From assembly GCF_009914755.1 (NCBI RefSeq), contig NC_060939.1: DNA of 64,000 nucleotides; one strand, given 5' to 3'. Source of the DNA: the human T2T-CHM13v2.0 reference genome, Homo sapiens. The position numbers were made by a program, and so were the translations under genes. Positions 1 through 14,272 of the stretch are shown here, in pieces (the first letter of the stretch is position 1; each line of letters starts with the position of its first letter). Below the pieces are notes generated by a model that saw only the letters and a program-made list of their open reading frames with translations, made no database searches and was not told the DNA's origin.

Positions 1-1819
1 TGGCTTACCTGAGCCTGCTCAGCTAGTCAGAGGGTCAGAGCTCACACTTCTTTCCTTTGCCTCCAAAATATAAACTAGATAAATCAAGGAGAAAAAATTA
101 TGTTCGTACAGATGGAGCTCATGGCACTTTCTAACACTTGTCCAAGTTTTTTACACAAGCTTCAGGAGTGTATTAAAAATACATCATCTAATTCAAGAAA
201 AATGAGAATGAAAATTCATATTCCTACCTAGTTTGAGGTATGAAAAGGTAGTACCCCTGTATTATTTATATCATTCTTTAATATCTCTCAGTTCTGATTC
301 TGAGAGATCAGACTGTCATCCCTCAGACAGTGATGGGAACAACCCCAGGCAGCTGGTCCCCTGAAATCACCCTCAAGACTCATAAAGCCAAGGCCCTCCA
401 GCAGCTGTGTGTGAATCACGCCAGCACTGCAGCAACCTTACATGAGGTGCACTGCTTTAACCTCCAAGACTCAATTCACAGAGACCACCTAGAACGCAGA
501 AGACTGGCAGGAGCTCCCTTAGAAAACATGTGCAGCTCTCTTCTGTGAGCACACCGAGGAGGTGGGACAGCTCTGCGTGCCAGAGCTGTCCAGCCTGACC
601 GCAGGTCTGAGAGAATGCACTTAGAGAGATGCTTCAGGGATGAGAAGGAAGACAGTTCACTGCACCAGGGGCCCTGAGACCACAGTGCATCCTCCTTGTG
701 GCAGGATCCCAGGAACAGCACCTGGCACAACCGCAGCACCCAATACCTTGAGTGAGTAGAAGCTTGAGTGGATGAGTCCATCAAGATCAAAGCCTCTGAT
801 CTGGACGTCCTGCTTCTTCCCAACAACTGCACCTATACACTTTTGGAAGCAAGACTCAAAGGTGGAGAGCACTGTTTTCTGTGGAAATGGTGAATGTTCT
901 TTTTCAAAGGTGTCCCTTGGGTACATCCCATAAATACATGCACAGCAGTCCTAGACGGATGCTACTTAAGAGAATGGGGTCTTTATGAAGAAGGCTTAGG
1001 AGAAAGGCAAAGTGGACATAAAACTGATTTTGTGGGTCTTATTTGCAGAAGGAGAAAAGGATCTGGGGAGTCCGGTTATTTTCCTAGTGTACTGGCAGTT
1101 TCACATACCCCGGAAATGGGGGAATGACACATCTGCCAGCTCTCCCCGTTTGCTCTTGCCCTGACCTGGAGGCAGGTGTGCAAAGCAGAGCAGGTGTGAG
1201 TGGACAACGTGCACCCCCTTGTCTTCCACTATGATAACTCTACTCACAGAGCAGCCATTGGCGGCCTCTTCTGACTGATTCTGAAGGATGGAGACCTCAA
1301 AATTCAGCTTAAGCCACTAAGCATAATTTGTATTTTGGAAATACTTCGTCTAAGACTTGTGACTAACAATCCCCCCTCAAGATCTCTTATTGGGTCCCCT
1401 GAAACCCTGAATGTCACCAGAGCTGCCTGGAGGACCCTAGGAATAGTCACAGGTATCACTCGCCTCTTGCCCTTAGCCTCAACCTTTCTCAGAAAACTTA
1501 GGTAAATAGGGAGGCTCAGTAAATGACACAGGATGAAAAATGGCTATTACTTCTGAGTCTTCTGAAAGTAGAAGATGCCACATCCAATGTGTCAAGACAT
1601 TTCTATCCTAGCTGCTGGGCCTGAACACCATCCTACCACAAAATACATGACATCCACACTCCCAAAGCCTTCCCAAAATACTTCACAGGGAAGGGAGTAA
1701 ATGGCACTGCACACTAGTGTTAAGTATACTGCATACACTCTGGCTCTTACTACTAATATAACAAAGAAGAAGTATGCATGAAGCTTTATTTGTACCCAAA
1801 AGTATTCATTTTCTAAATG

Positions 1820-2385
1820 TTTTAGTGTATTTTAGATGCAGTGGAGTACATGTGCATGTTTGTTACATGGATATACTGTGAAGTGGCGGGGATTAGCCTT
1901 TGAGTGTAGCCATTATCTAACTAGTAAACATTGTACCTGATAGGTAATTTCTCAGCCTCTGACCTCCTCCCGCCTCCCTGCTTCTGGAGTCCCCAGTGTC
2001 TATTCTTTCCATCTTTATGTCCATGTGTACCCAGTGTTTGCTCTCACTTATATGTGAGAATATGCAGTATTTGTTCTTCTGTTCCTGCACTAGTTCACTT
2101 AGGAAATTAGCCTCCAGCTCCATCCATGTTGCTGAAAGGGACATGATTTCATTCATTTTCATGGCTGCATAGTATTCCATGATGTATATATGCCACATTT
2201 TCTTTATGCAGTCAACCACTGGTGGGTAATTATATTAGTTCACGACTCATGACTTTGCTATTGAGAAGAGTGTGCAATGAATATATGAGTGCAGTTGTCT
2301 TTTTGATACAATGATTTCTTTTTTTGGGGGGTTACATACTCCGTAGTAGGATTGCTGGATCTAATGGTAGTTCTATTTTTAGTCT
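1820..2385 (-). mobile_element. LINE-1 3' end fragment (L1PA16/L1PB-like)
   Basis: Antisense L1 3'UTR and ORF2 tail (gtacatgtgcatgtttgttacatgg ... ctcacttatatgtgagaatatgcagtatttg). ORF 1917..2219(-) resembles the ORF2p C-terminus (KKMWHIYIMEYYAAMK...TWMELE). Confidence 0.9.
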
Positions 2386-2519
2386 AGAAATAACATTTAT
2401 TCATTCATCTGCTCAATATTATGCACGTTTAAGGAGTACTTACTGCGTACTGAACTACAATGAACAAAACAAAAATCTCTGCCTTTATGTAACCTTAAAG
2501 GGGCAGACAGAGGATAAAT

Positions 2520-2665
2520 CAGTGCTCCAAGCACTTGTGGCATTAACTTACTTAATCCTTACCTCAAACCTGTGAAATAATATCTGTTGCGCTCCTAAGT
2601 CTAAGATGATGAGAGAGAGCCACAAACTGGTTAGATTTGCCCAAGGCCACCTGGGTAGGGAAGGA
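2520..2665 (-). mobile_element. MIR fragment, probably preceded by an L2 remnant at about 2395-2500
   Basis: MIR core-like text (ttacttaatccttacctcaaacctgtgaaata ... gatttgcccaaggccac), highly diverged. Confidence 0.55.
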
Positions 2666-3076
2666 GAGTTACAGAGTCATTTTCTCACCATAAAAGTGTT
2701 TCTTGTCTGTTCTCCTGACAAATCATCACTTCATGTGGAATTATAAATAACTATAATACATCTAATTTTTAAAATTGAACTTCTTATCTGATAGGAATTG
2801 CCCTCAGCTGTCAGTAACAGGGAACTAACTGTGGTGGATAAAGCAAATGGATGTAATATTCTTCACACAGGACACGAAGTCTGGAGTTTGGGACTCCAGG
2901 GTAGCTGCAGCAGCTGCAAAATGCTTTTGGAGACTGGGGCTTCTTTTCCTATTCCACTCAGTCATGCTCTGTATGTGACTTTTATCCACTGTGTTTCACC
3001 TCATTCTCATTCACTTCACCTTCACATTTCAGACAAGAAAAAAAGGAAAAAACCTCTTATCAACAAAATCTGCCAC

Positions 3077-3415
3077 CTTTTTTTCCTTTCTTTTCTTTTC
3101 TTTTATTCTTTTCTTTTTTTTTTTTTTTTTTTGGAAATAGATTCTCCCTCTGTCACCCAGGCTGCAGTGCAGTGGCATGATCACAGTTGACTGCATCCTT
3201 TACCTCAAGGTCTCAAGCCATCTTTCTGCCTCAGCCTCCTGAGTAGCTGTGACAACAGGCATGTGCCACCACACCCAACTATTTTTTTAAGTTTTTTTAG
3301 AGAGGGAGTCTCACTATGTTGCCCAGTCTGGTCTCAAACTCTTGGCCTCAAGTGATCCTCCTGCCTCTGCCTCCCAAAGTGTTGAGATTGCAGGCATGAC
3401 CCACTGCTCCCAGCC
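3077..3415 (-). mobile_element. AluJ, full length
   Basis: Poly-T followed by an antisense Alu dimer. TSD aaatctgccac at 3066-3076 and 3416-3426. Confidence 0.95.
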
Positions 3416-3599
3416 AAATCTGCCACATTGAAAATTTTCCCAGCAGCCTAACTAGTGACATGTTTACAACTCATCCATGAGAATCATGTCTGGTGGTCGC
3501 CTCTACCTAGGGACACCATCACCCAAAACAAAGTTGGGAGTGTTGTCCCTTAGAAGATGAAAAGAACAGACATGTGCAAGACTCCTCAGGATCATCTTG

Positions 3600-6020
3600 G
3601 GCATTCTTGGACCTTCATATTTTCAAATGTAATTTAGTCAATTTCTACAAAAAAAAATGCTGAGATTTTTATTGCAATTGTATTGACTATTATGATCTTA
3701 AGGAGAACTGATATCTTTACAATATTGAATCTTATAGTCAATAAATAGGGTTTCCCATGAAATTTAATATCTCTCAACAATCTTTTGTAGTTTTCTGTGT
3801 AGAATCTCATGCACATTTTATTGGATATATTCCTAGCTAGTTAAGACTTTTGTTGTTATGGTAAATGTGATTGCATTTTATTTTATAAGCATTTGTTGCC
3901 AGTACACGGAAATAAAGTTGACTTTTTTATTGATCTTAAATCCAATGACATGGCTGAGTTAATTTAATTTTTCTGATACTTGGCTTAGACTCCTTGGACT
4001 TCTGCAGAAACCAGATGTCTGTGGTGAAAAATTGTAACTTTATTTTTTCCTCTACAATACTTCCCCACCCTCATCGTATTGCTTTTTCCTTTCTTATAAT
4101 GTTCTTGTCATATTATGATGGCAAAATTATGTTGACTTCATAAAGTGAATTAGTAAATGTTCCTTTTTTCTATCCTCTAGGAGTTGAGAGTAATTGGAAT
4201 TATTTCTATCGTAACACTTTGTAAGATTTCATTGGAGAAGCCATCTGAACCTAAAGCTCACTTTGGGAGGAGGATTTTAGTTATCTATTCAGTTTTTGTT
4301 AATACTTGATGAGATTTTTAAGAAGTATTTTTATTTTGGTGCTATTGTTAATTGTATTGTATTTTAAATTTCAAATTCCTTGTATAATAACCTTGATAAT
4401 TTCACTTATTAGTTCTAGGAGCTTTTTGTGTGGCTACCTTAGAGTTCTGTATACAGTGTATAAACAGTTTTATTTCTTGATTTTTCCATGTGTATTCCTT
4501 TTACATCTCTTGGGTACCTTATTGAACTGGTTAGAACTTATCTTGGGATGTTGAGTAGGAGTGGTAAGAAAGGACAATCTTGCTTTGTTCTAATTATCAG
4601 AGGGAAAGAATTTAGTCTCTCATAATTTTAGTATTATGCTAGCTGTAGGATTGTTGTTTTTCTTTGGTCAACTGTGTTTATGAGGTTAAGAAAGTTGCTT
4701 TCTGTTTCCAGTTTGTTGAGAGTTTTTATCATGAATGTATATTAAATTTTCTTGTTTGCTTTTTCTGCGTCTTTTGAAGTGATCAGATTTTTTTTCTTTA
4801 GTAATGTAATGGCACATTACATTTTAATGTAGAATGTTGAACCAGTCTTGCATTCCTGAGAAGAAGCCCAGTTGGTCATAGTGTATTCTATTTTTGTGTA
4901 TTGCTGGACACTATTTTCTAATATTTTATTGAGGCTTGCATCTATGCTGACAAGGGATATTGGACTATTCTTTTATAGTGATGTCTTTGTTCATTACAGT
5001 ATATGGGTAATGCTAGTCTGTAGAATTGATACCTTTATCTTTAGTTAATGTCCTCCACTTTCCTTAATGGTTTCTGTTCTAAAATCTGCTTTGCTTAAAT
5101 TAGCGTTGATACTCCAGCCTTCTTTAGGTTCATGTTTCCATTTTATATATTTATCTCTCCTTTTATTTTTAACTTATTTATGCCTTTATATTCAAAGTGG
5201 GTTTTTTTTTGTAGAAAGCATATAGTTGGGTCATACTTTTGTATCTAATATGATGATTTCTGTCTTTTAAATGCTGTGTTTAGAACATTCATATTTAATA
5301 TGATTCTTGAAATGGTTAAATTTAAAACTACCATCTTGCTAGTAATTGTATACTAGTTTCATATTTTCTTTATTTAAACAAACTTTCTGCCATGTGGTGT
5401 TTAACACCTTTTTATGATTTCATTTTATATACTCTATTGAATTGCTATTTAAAAACTTTTACTTTTAGTGTTTGCCCTCAGATTTACAATATACATCTTT
5501 AATCAGAGTCTAACTTTAAATAATATTATGCTACTTCCCATATATTTTAAGAAACTTACAGCAAAATATTCCAAATTCTACCCTCTTATCCTTTCTGTCA
5601 TATATTGTGCTCTTACATGTAGTATGAATACACAATACATTTCTCCTATTTTTGTTTTAGAGTTCACTATCTTTTGGACCAATTAAAAGTTTAAAAAATC
5701 AACTTTAATTATTCTATTCTCAGTGCTGTTTATTTATGTGTGTAGATCTAATTTTTAGTCTGATACCAATTCTTTCTGCCTGAAAAATGCCCTGTAATTT
5801 CCTGGCAAGTGAGTATGCCAGCTATGAATTCTTTCCGTTTTTGTTTCTCCAAGAAAGTCTTTATTTCTCCTTTATTTGGGGAAAATATTTTTGTGGCATA
5901 TAGAATTCTGGGTTGACAGCTTTTTTACTTTCAGCACTTTGAAATTCTCACTCCATTGCCTTTTGGTTTGCATAATTTGTATTAAAAGTCTCCTAAATTA
6001 TTTCCCACGTTCCTCTGTAG
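3600..6020 (-). mobile_element. Ancient L1M fragments (ORF2 and ORF1 regions), probably several elements
   Basis: T-rich antisense L1 text. ORF 3634..3816(-) resembles ORF2p (YTENYKRLLRDIK...RFNIVKIS). Boundaries are approximate. Confidence 0.75.
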
Positions 6021-6029
6021 TTAATGTAT

Positions 6030-7340
6030 CTGATCAGTTCTCTATTCCCATAGGTTTATCTTTTCAAGAATGTCATCTAAATGCAATTATACACTATGTA
6101 ACCTTTTAAAATTAGTGTCTTTCACTCAGCATAATGCCTTCCTCTAGGTTATTGCATGTATCAACAGTCTATTCCTTTTATTTATGAGTAATAGTGCCTT
6201 GTATAAATATATCTCAGTCTGTTTACCCAACCATCCATTGATAGACATTTGGATCATTTCCAGTTTTCAACTATTACAAATAAAGCTGCTGTGAATATTC
6301 ATGTGCAGGCTTTGTGTGAAACATAAATTTTCATTTCTCTATCCAGGAGCAGAATTTTAAGTTTATGTTTGAATTTATAAAATACTGAAAAACTATTTTT
6401 CACAGTCACTGTAGCAGTTTTCATTCCCACCAGAAACTTATGAACATTCCATACATCACATCCACGCCAGTCCTTCATATTTCAGTCTTTTTTATTCTAG
6501 CCACTCGAATTGATGTGTGGTGGTGTCTCATTATGTTTTTAATTTGCATTTCCATAATGGCTAATGTTATTTAACAGCTATTTGTATGCTTATTTGCCAC
6601 AATTATATCCTCTTTGGTAAAAAGTCTGTTCAAGTTCTTTGCCCATTTTTAAAATTGGGTTGTTTGTTTTTATGTGGTTGAAAATTGACAGTTCTTTATG
6701 TATTTTGGATACAAACCTTTGTTGAATATATAATATGTAAACATTTTCTGTGTATGCCTCAGATTTTCATTCATTTCCTTTTTTCTTCTCTTTTTTTTTC
6801 TGAGGCAGGATCTTACTTTGTCACCCAGGCTGAACTACAGTGGCACAATCACAGCTCACTGTAACCTCTAATTTCTGGGCTTAAACAATCCTCCTGCCTC
6901 TGCCTCCTAAGTAGCTTGGACTACAGGCAAATTCTTTAAACTTTTTTGTGTAGAGATGGTGGTCTCACTATGTTGCCTAACCTGATCTCAAACTCCTGGT
7001 TTTAAGTGCTCTCCTGGCTTGGCCTCCCAAAGCACTGGGATTACAGGCATAAGCCACCATGCCTAGCCAGATTTTCATTATTTTAGCAATGCTTTACAAA
7101 GAGCAGAGGTTCATAGCTCTGATACAATTCAATTTATATATTTTTTTCTCTTATGGACCATGCTTTTAGTGTTGAGTCTAAGAAATAGTTGTGTAAGTGA
7201 CTTTCTCTTATGTTTTCTTTAGAAGTTTTATAGATTTAGGTTTTACATTTTCACTTTTGAACTATTTTTAGTTAATTTTCTATGTAGTGCAAGGTAGGGA
7301 TTGATGTTTACATTTTTGCGTATGTACATGTAATTGTCTC
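6030..7340 (-). mobile_element. L1MB/L1ME 3' region, interrupted by an AluJ
   Basis: Typical antisense L1M 3' text (ttcactcagcataatg, acaaataaagctgctgtgaatattcatgtgc, ttttaatttgcatttcc). Confidence 0.8.
6772..7068 (-). mobile_element. AluJ with a small internal deletion near the A-rich linker
   Basis: Antisense Alu. TSD agattttcatt at 6761-6771 and 7069-7079. Confidence 0.92.
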
Positions 7341-7344
7341 AATA

Positions 7345-8900
7345 CCCCCTATTGATTCCATTGTATTGTGGTTTCTATTGTTTTCTGGAGATGTCTGTAG
7401 TCAGGCTTACTGTTGCTCCTTTAAAGGCAAATTTTTTTTGGTCTTTTTCTTTGGGCTGTTTTAACTTCGTTCTTTGTGGTTTAGTTTTCATTAGTTTAAC
7501 TTTGATGTGTTCAGGAGTGATTATTTGTATTTACCCAAGCTGGCTTTCTTAGAAATTCTTGAATCTGAGATTTGATGTCATTCATCAGTTTTGAAAACTC
7601 TCAACCAGTATCTCTTCAATTATTTTACCTACCCCATTTTTTGCTACTGTCTGCTAGGCCTTTAATTACACATAATTTAGATCTCTACCCTATGTTGAAT
7701 ATGCTTCTTTTGTTTTTTCTCCTATTTCCCACAGTTTAAAATGTTCTTTATGCTTCAGTATAAACATTTTCTCTTGACACATCATTCCATTTCTCTAATT
7801 ATTTCTTCTGGTATTTTTAATCTCCTGTTTAAAACATATGTTCTTAATTTCAGTTCTAGAAATTCTCTTTTATTCTTTTTGGCAGATTATAGTTCTCTAT
7901 TGATATTTTCCTTCTTGCTCACTAGTTTTTTGGTATTTATAATTAAAATTACTTTAAAAATCAAGTTAATATCATCTGTGGGCCTGTTTTTATTGTCTGT
8001 TTTGTCATCTTTGTCAACTTCTTGGCATACATACTAGATACCAGATTGTAAGACAGAAATTCTTCATGGAGGACTATAGAGGCTCCAGATATCATTACGT
8101 TTTAAGAAAGGATTCATCCTATCTTCCACAAATTGCTGGTGTAGGACAGATTGATCTCCTCAACTTAAACAGGCATAACCTGACCTCAGATCTCTTTCAG
8201 ACTTTTTAATGCCTGGTCTACATTTATTTTATTCTCAATTCTAATATGAAGCCTTCAAGGGATTCACATGAGAGTCTGAGATGTTTACCAGGGAGACTTC
8301 TATGTAGAGGACACTAAACTTCAGTTTTTTCTCTCCCCCACAATGATTGCTGAAAGCTCCACTCAGCTTTTAATCTCATTACTCATTTTTTGTTGTTGTT
8401 GTTTTTGGGCTTCTCACCCTGTGAAGCCTATGAATCAGCAGATGCTTTTAAGAAAATCTTAGAGCAAAATGTAGTGCTTATTTCTCTGAAATACCCTTCT
8501 CTATGAGACCTTAGCTACTCATGATCTGGCTATCTTGGCAAACATAAACTATAAGGTTTGTCCCCTTAGCCCCAAGTAACTGCCAAAGAGTATTGTGGCT
8601 TCCTGGCTTCTGGAATCTATCCTCTACCCTCTCTTTTCAGATTCCTGCCCTCTGCTCATGTTCCAAGGAGAGAAATAGTGCATATAAGGTTTGTGTCATT
8701 TCAATAAGCTTTTCTTCTCTCCACATTCTTGGAACTTCAATTCCAATTGCCTCTACATCTCTCTAATTAGTCCAAGTGAAGTTCTTTCCCTGTGGATATA
8801 TTGTTGGATTGAATTGACTAATATTTTGTTTAGGATTTTTTGCATCTATTTTTACAACAGATATTACTACTTTATTATGGTATCTATATATTGTTTTGGT
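7345..8900 (-). mobile_element. Ancient L1M ORF1/5' region fragments
   Basis: Antisense L1M ORF1-like text (ttgaatctgagatttgatgtcattcatcagttttgaaaactctc), highly diverged. Confidence 0.6.
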
Positions 8901-11854
8901 ACATTCATCAAGCCTTTATTGCAAGGCCAGAACCAAGGGTGACTTGACATTAATTTTCATAGTAGTAAGTTATATCTTAGGGTTCTCTTCAGCAGGATAC
9001 CTAGTGCCTCAGGTAGGGTAGGTGTCAGGCTAGAATTGACACTAGAATTATGATTCACTATAAGATGATATCTGTTTTACAGGAACTGGGGGATGGTCTG
9101 TGTGTGTTTATTTGTTTTACCACAACAGCTACTTATAGAACCTTCATTGAAGATTCCTTTGAAAGTTCACCATCAAAAAGAAAACATGTAAAAACATATC
9201 ACATATTGTCATTGCTCTGTTTTTATTAATTCTCTTTGACTAAAGGATGACCTCTATTTTCTTACTTTGGTATTTAAGGTTTCCCATAATCTGACACCAA
9301 TCTTGTTTCAATTCCCATGTAATCCCTTGTTCTGTTATCTATATTCCAATCAAATTAACATTAGCCATTTTTTACATGGTTTTCATTTCCCAACATGAAT
9401 GTCTCTGTTGATATTGTTTCTCTGGCTTAGAGAGCACTTCCTTACTGTCAATCAGGACATGTTCAATTCCTATCCCCACTTTAAGGCTCTACTTGGAGGT
9501 CACAACCAGTGTGGAATTTCTTCAGCATGAATAATCTCCCAAGCTTAATTCCTACAACAATTTATGAGTATCTGTCCTGTGTCAATTAACACTTTCTGCT
9601 TTACATTTTAGTTACCTAGCCATGTCCTGTTAGGGCATTTCCAAAGTTTGGTGAGTGAACTACCCTGGTGGCCTGGAGAGCTCAAGATCTTCCTACCATA
9701 AACTTTTCCAAGTTCATCACCAGCACCACTGCTGCTACCTACCAGATATTTCAGAAATAAATCAAACATAGTATCTGGTTTGTTTTCTAAGGCAGGAACA
9801 TATGTTAGGAGCAGCATCCAAAAACCCACTTTGGGGTTATCAGCAATGGCTCCAGTCCATCTGGGACTCAAACTCATATTCACCCTCCAGGCCAGAGAGG
9901 GGTCAGGCAAGTGATCTGCTACACATGCCATAATAGCCACCTCCTAAACCCATTTCCCTCACCTTACTGGTGAGGAAATTTTGACCAAAAGGATGGGTCC
10001 CTGCAGGGAGTGGGGCTTCTGTTGGTAGGCGTCTGTGATGGGGAGATGAGCAACATAGGACTCATCAAATGTCATTTACAGGGCTGGACATTCCAGGAAT
10101 GAAGAGCCCACATTGATTCATTTTTGTGTATCCAAAATCACCTGGTGCAGTGCTACCTGTGTTCAATAAACATGCAAAAAATGAACCCTATGTCCATTCA
10201 CAATACAAGAAAATGTTTAAAATATTAATCCCTGCCAATAAGTTTAGAAGTCATGAGATGCCAAACACTATGCAGAACAAAATGCTTGCTGCTTACTGTG
10301 TTGGCAGTAAATCGTAAGCTATATTTCCTCTTCCTCTCATCCCTTTGTGTACTCTACCCTGGCTTGCAATATTCCTTCATTGCTAAGTCTAATTTTCCAA
10401 GCCTCCTGGGACATAAGCTGTGGTTGGAATGATGTTCTTGAGCTGCGATTGCATTAGCACAGGCAGGGAACATCTTATTCCTTGGTTCATTTTAGCAGCC
10501 AAGGGATCCTGAAGTTCAAAGCCCTGATTAGTGGCACTGCACTCCTTTCCCATTCCTCCTTCCTTTCATTAAAGTTATGAGAGCAAGAGAGGGATAAATG
10601 AAAGGAATCTCACCCAAGGAGACTGTGTCTGAAAATCGTAATAAAGACTCATTTTGTGCCTCAGCTTTCACATCATTTGTAAAAATACCTTTTGATCTGC
10701 TGCACAGTCTTCTTATTTTCTGTTAATTTCTCATGGGAAGAAAAGATTGGCAGTTCAGGGTTACAGACAAAATTGAGAATCCTGCAGTAAATTTCTTGCC
10801 TACAGAACTGGTTTTACGGTATCTAACAATACAGAGATGACAGACCCTGACTCATTCTGAGTGCAGCCAGGAAATCTGTGCCAAAGGACCCCACAACCTG
10901 GGACAGATGTCATCTGTATGCACAGGCGGGTCCCGGGTTCTGGCCCGACTCTTTCTTACAGACAGATAATGTTGGATTCTTGCTGACCCCTCCTGAATTC
11001 AGTTTCCCATAGGACACTGGATCTAATGGGATTTAAGGATCTAATGAGATTGTGCATGGGAAAGCAAAAAGGGCTGCTGCCATCCATATTAAGTTTTTGG
11101 TATTGCCCTAATCTCTTCTGTTTTTATCAGGCATCAGTCCCTTCCCTTTGTCTCAGAGATGCCCCAACTAGCCCTGCAAGGATGGGATGAGTGGAATTAG
11201 GAGCACAGGGGGAAGACCCACACACACAGCCCCACAGAGCCACAGCCTCCCCCCACCCCCCTCTCAGTGCTCTCCTCTGGCCACTGTGTCAGGTCGAGGT
11301 GCCATCCTGCGGTGCAGGTGCCAGGGAGGACACAACCCCATTGTGTCCTCTTATGTGTACAGAAGGAAGCACAGCTGACACACACACACAGTGTGTGGGT
11401 GCTGATGTGTCCACACTGAGCCTTTAAGTTGAATTTTTCTCCATAAAACTGTAGTTTTCAAAGTGGCATATGGGTACTGCCTGATCTGGTACTTATCTCA
11501 GTGCTGAATTCAGAAGCCCTCTGCCTGCACAAGGCCTAGTGAACTGGAAAGCTCCGCCACAGAACATCTTCTCCCCGTATTCTCCTTCCTGACTATTAGC
11601 TACTGCTGAGATTTAGGGGCAAGTGGTGTAGTCAGTACCAGCTGACAGAGTGGCCTCAGTTGTGGTGTGTTTTGGACCAGTTCTTTATTTTTCAAGTTGA
11701 GCCTTGGTTTCTGATGTATGTTAGTAACTACATAAATATCTAGTAAACAAATAACCACTACTATGTGCCAAGCATCAAGAATATAAAAACCACAATATAG
11801 CAGAGAGAAGAAATCTACGTATGAAGGGATGTTGTCTGGAACAACTCCCTGCAC

Positions 11855-12062
11855 CCAGGAGCTCTCAACCTGGGCACTCCTGACCCTTGGCTTGTGGGGA
11901 GCTGCCCTGTCCCTTGTAGGGTGTTTAGTGGCACCCCTGGCTTCCTCCCACTGGATGTTAGCAGCAGCCACTCCCAAGTGTGCCAGCCACAGTTGTCTCC
12001 AGACATTGTCCAGTGTCCCTTGGCAAGGGAGGGTGGGTGAAACAACTCTGAGTGAGAACTGC
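11855..12062 (-). mobile_element. MER20 (hAT-Charlie non-autonomous DNA transposon)
   Basis: Reverse complement matches MER20 landmarks (tgtctccagacattgtcca, tgtagggtgtttagtggcacccctggc, terminal ctctcaacc and tgagaactgc). Confidence 0.85.
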
Positions 12063-12609
12063 CACCCTTGTTCCAGGATTGGGAAGTGGGAACTGAAGCC
12101 GAGGACAAAGAAGACCACGTCTCCCACACCCTGAATTCAGACACATCCCATTCTTATTAAGAGTCTGCTCAACCGGCCCTGCCATCCCTGCCATTACCCC
12201 CATTCCTCTGCAATTTACTTAAAAGAAGGGGAGGAAAAAGAGGGAAGGAGAGACAGGAAGCGTTCTTATCGGCTGGGGAAGGCTGAAACCCAAGTAAGAG
12301 AGCATCTGAGAGGATGAGTCACCAAGAATGACCACGGAGAACCTGTGCAGCTGCCTCCAGCTAAGAAAAACACTCCCTGATCTCCCTACTAACTGATTCA
12401 ATAAGCAAAAGGGGAAGAACCCAGAAACAGAGGGGAGGAAAAGCTCAAAGGCAGAGAAGCCCTCTTTCCTTTCAAGTCCTTGGACTTGATCCAATGTGGA
12501 AAGCAGAATAGCATTTTAAATCATCATGGAGGAACTTCTGCTTCATTGCCAAGATGGAGTAACAGGAACAAAATTTACTCTTGTACCTGACATAAAAAAA
12601 ATGAGATGC

Positions 12610-12915
12610 GGCGGGTGCAGTGGCTCATGCCTGTAATCCCAGCACTTTGGGAGGCCGAGGCAGCGGATCACCTGAGGTTGGGAGTTTGAGACCAGCCTGA
12701 CCAACATGGAGAAACCCCATCTCTACTAAAAATACAAAATTAGCTGGGCATGTGGCGCATGCCTGTAATTCCAGCTACTTGGGAGGCTGAGGCAGAATCA
12801 CTTGAACCCAGGAAGTGGAGGTTGTGGTGAACCGAGATTGTACCACTGCACTCCAGCCTGGGCGACAAGAGTGAAACTCCATCTCAAGAAAAAAGAGAGA
12901 GAGAGAGAGAGAGAG
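12610..12915 (+). mobile_element. AluSp-like, with an A/(GA)n tail
   Basis: Diagnostic cctgaccaacatggagaaacccc and gacaagagtgaaactcc. Tail decays into (GA)n. Confidence 0.93.
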
Positions 12916-13387
12916 AATATTTGAACAAGTTTTCAAGAGCTTGCACATCAGAAAATGAGGGACAGTAATCTCTAAGAGATGAGAAGCAGACAAGGTGAGC
13001 CCTGTGATTGCTCCAGTTTGGTACCTTGAGAGAGTTTCCTGGTTAAAGTGCGGGGACCCATGCCTGGTCCCGCAGTGGGTGGATCCATGCCTCGTCCTGC
13101 AGTGGAAGAGGCTTTGCTGAGTCCAGGAGACCAGACAGCTGGAGTGCAGAGGACAGAACACAGAGATGCAAGCAGTGTAGATACTCCAGTCAAGGCAGAG
13201 TTTGTCAGTGTGGGTAAATAGCAAGTCACACTGTAGGCTAGCTGCAAGAAAGACATTTTAAATATTAAGACACAAATAGGACAAAAGCAAAAAAGTGAGA
13301 AATTCCATTCTAAAACTAATCACGAGAAAGTTGGAGTGGCTATATTACCATCAGTTGAAGCAGGTTTCAGAGCGAGAAATACTGTAA

Positions 13388-13819
<432 letters not shown>

Positions 13820-13953
13820 TAAAGTCATTTTATCTTGATAAAGGAATCAGTTCATCAAGTGGACAAAACAGTCTTAAATGTTTATGTAGCTAATAACAGG
13901 GCTTCAAAATATATAAAGCAGAAGTGGCTAGAACTACAAGCAGAAACACTTCT

Positions 13954-14272
13954 TTTATGTATGTATGTATGTATTTCAATAGGTTTTTGGGGAACAGGTG
14001 GTGTTTGGTTATATAAATAAGTTATTTAATGGTGATTTCTGAGATTTGGTGTACCCATCACCCAAGAAGTGTAATCTTTTATCCCTCACCCTCCTCCCGC
14101 CCTTTCCCCGGAGTCCCCAAAGTCCATTGTATCATTCTTACACCTTTGCATCCTCATAGCTTAGCTCCCAATTATGAGTGAGAACATACGATGTTTGGTT
14201 TTCCATTCCTGGGTTACTTCACTTAGAATAATAGTCTTCAATTCCCTCCAGGTCGCTGCAAATGTGAAACAG
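13954..14272 (-). mobile_element. 5'-truncated L1PB 3' end inserted into an older L1
   Basis: L1PB-type 3'UTR (tcaataggtttttggggaacaggtggtgtttgg ... cttagctcccaattatgagtgagaacatac). Flanking direct repeat aaacacttct at 13944-13953 and 14276-14285. Confidence 0.88.

Noticed and set aside
330-1200. Possible exons (splice-like signals at about 481, 545 and 752) and short ORFs
   Set aside because: No consistent reading frame or recognisable protein. lncRNA exons cannot be called from sequence alone.
11600-12203. Overlapping ORFs of 81-175 aa
   Set aside because: They overlap MER20 on both strands and in several frames, with no recognisable protein.
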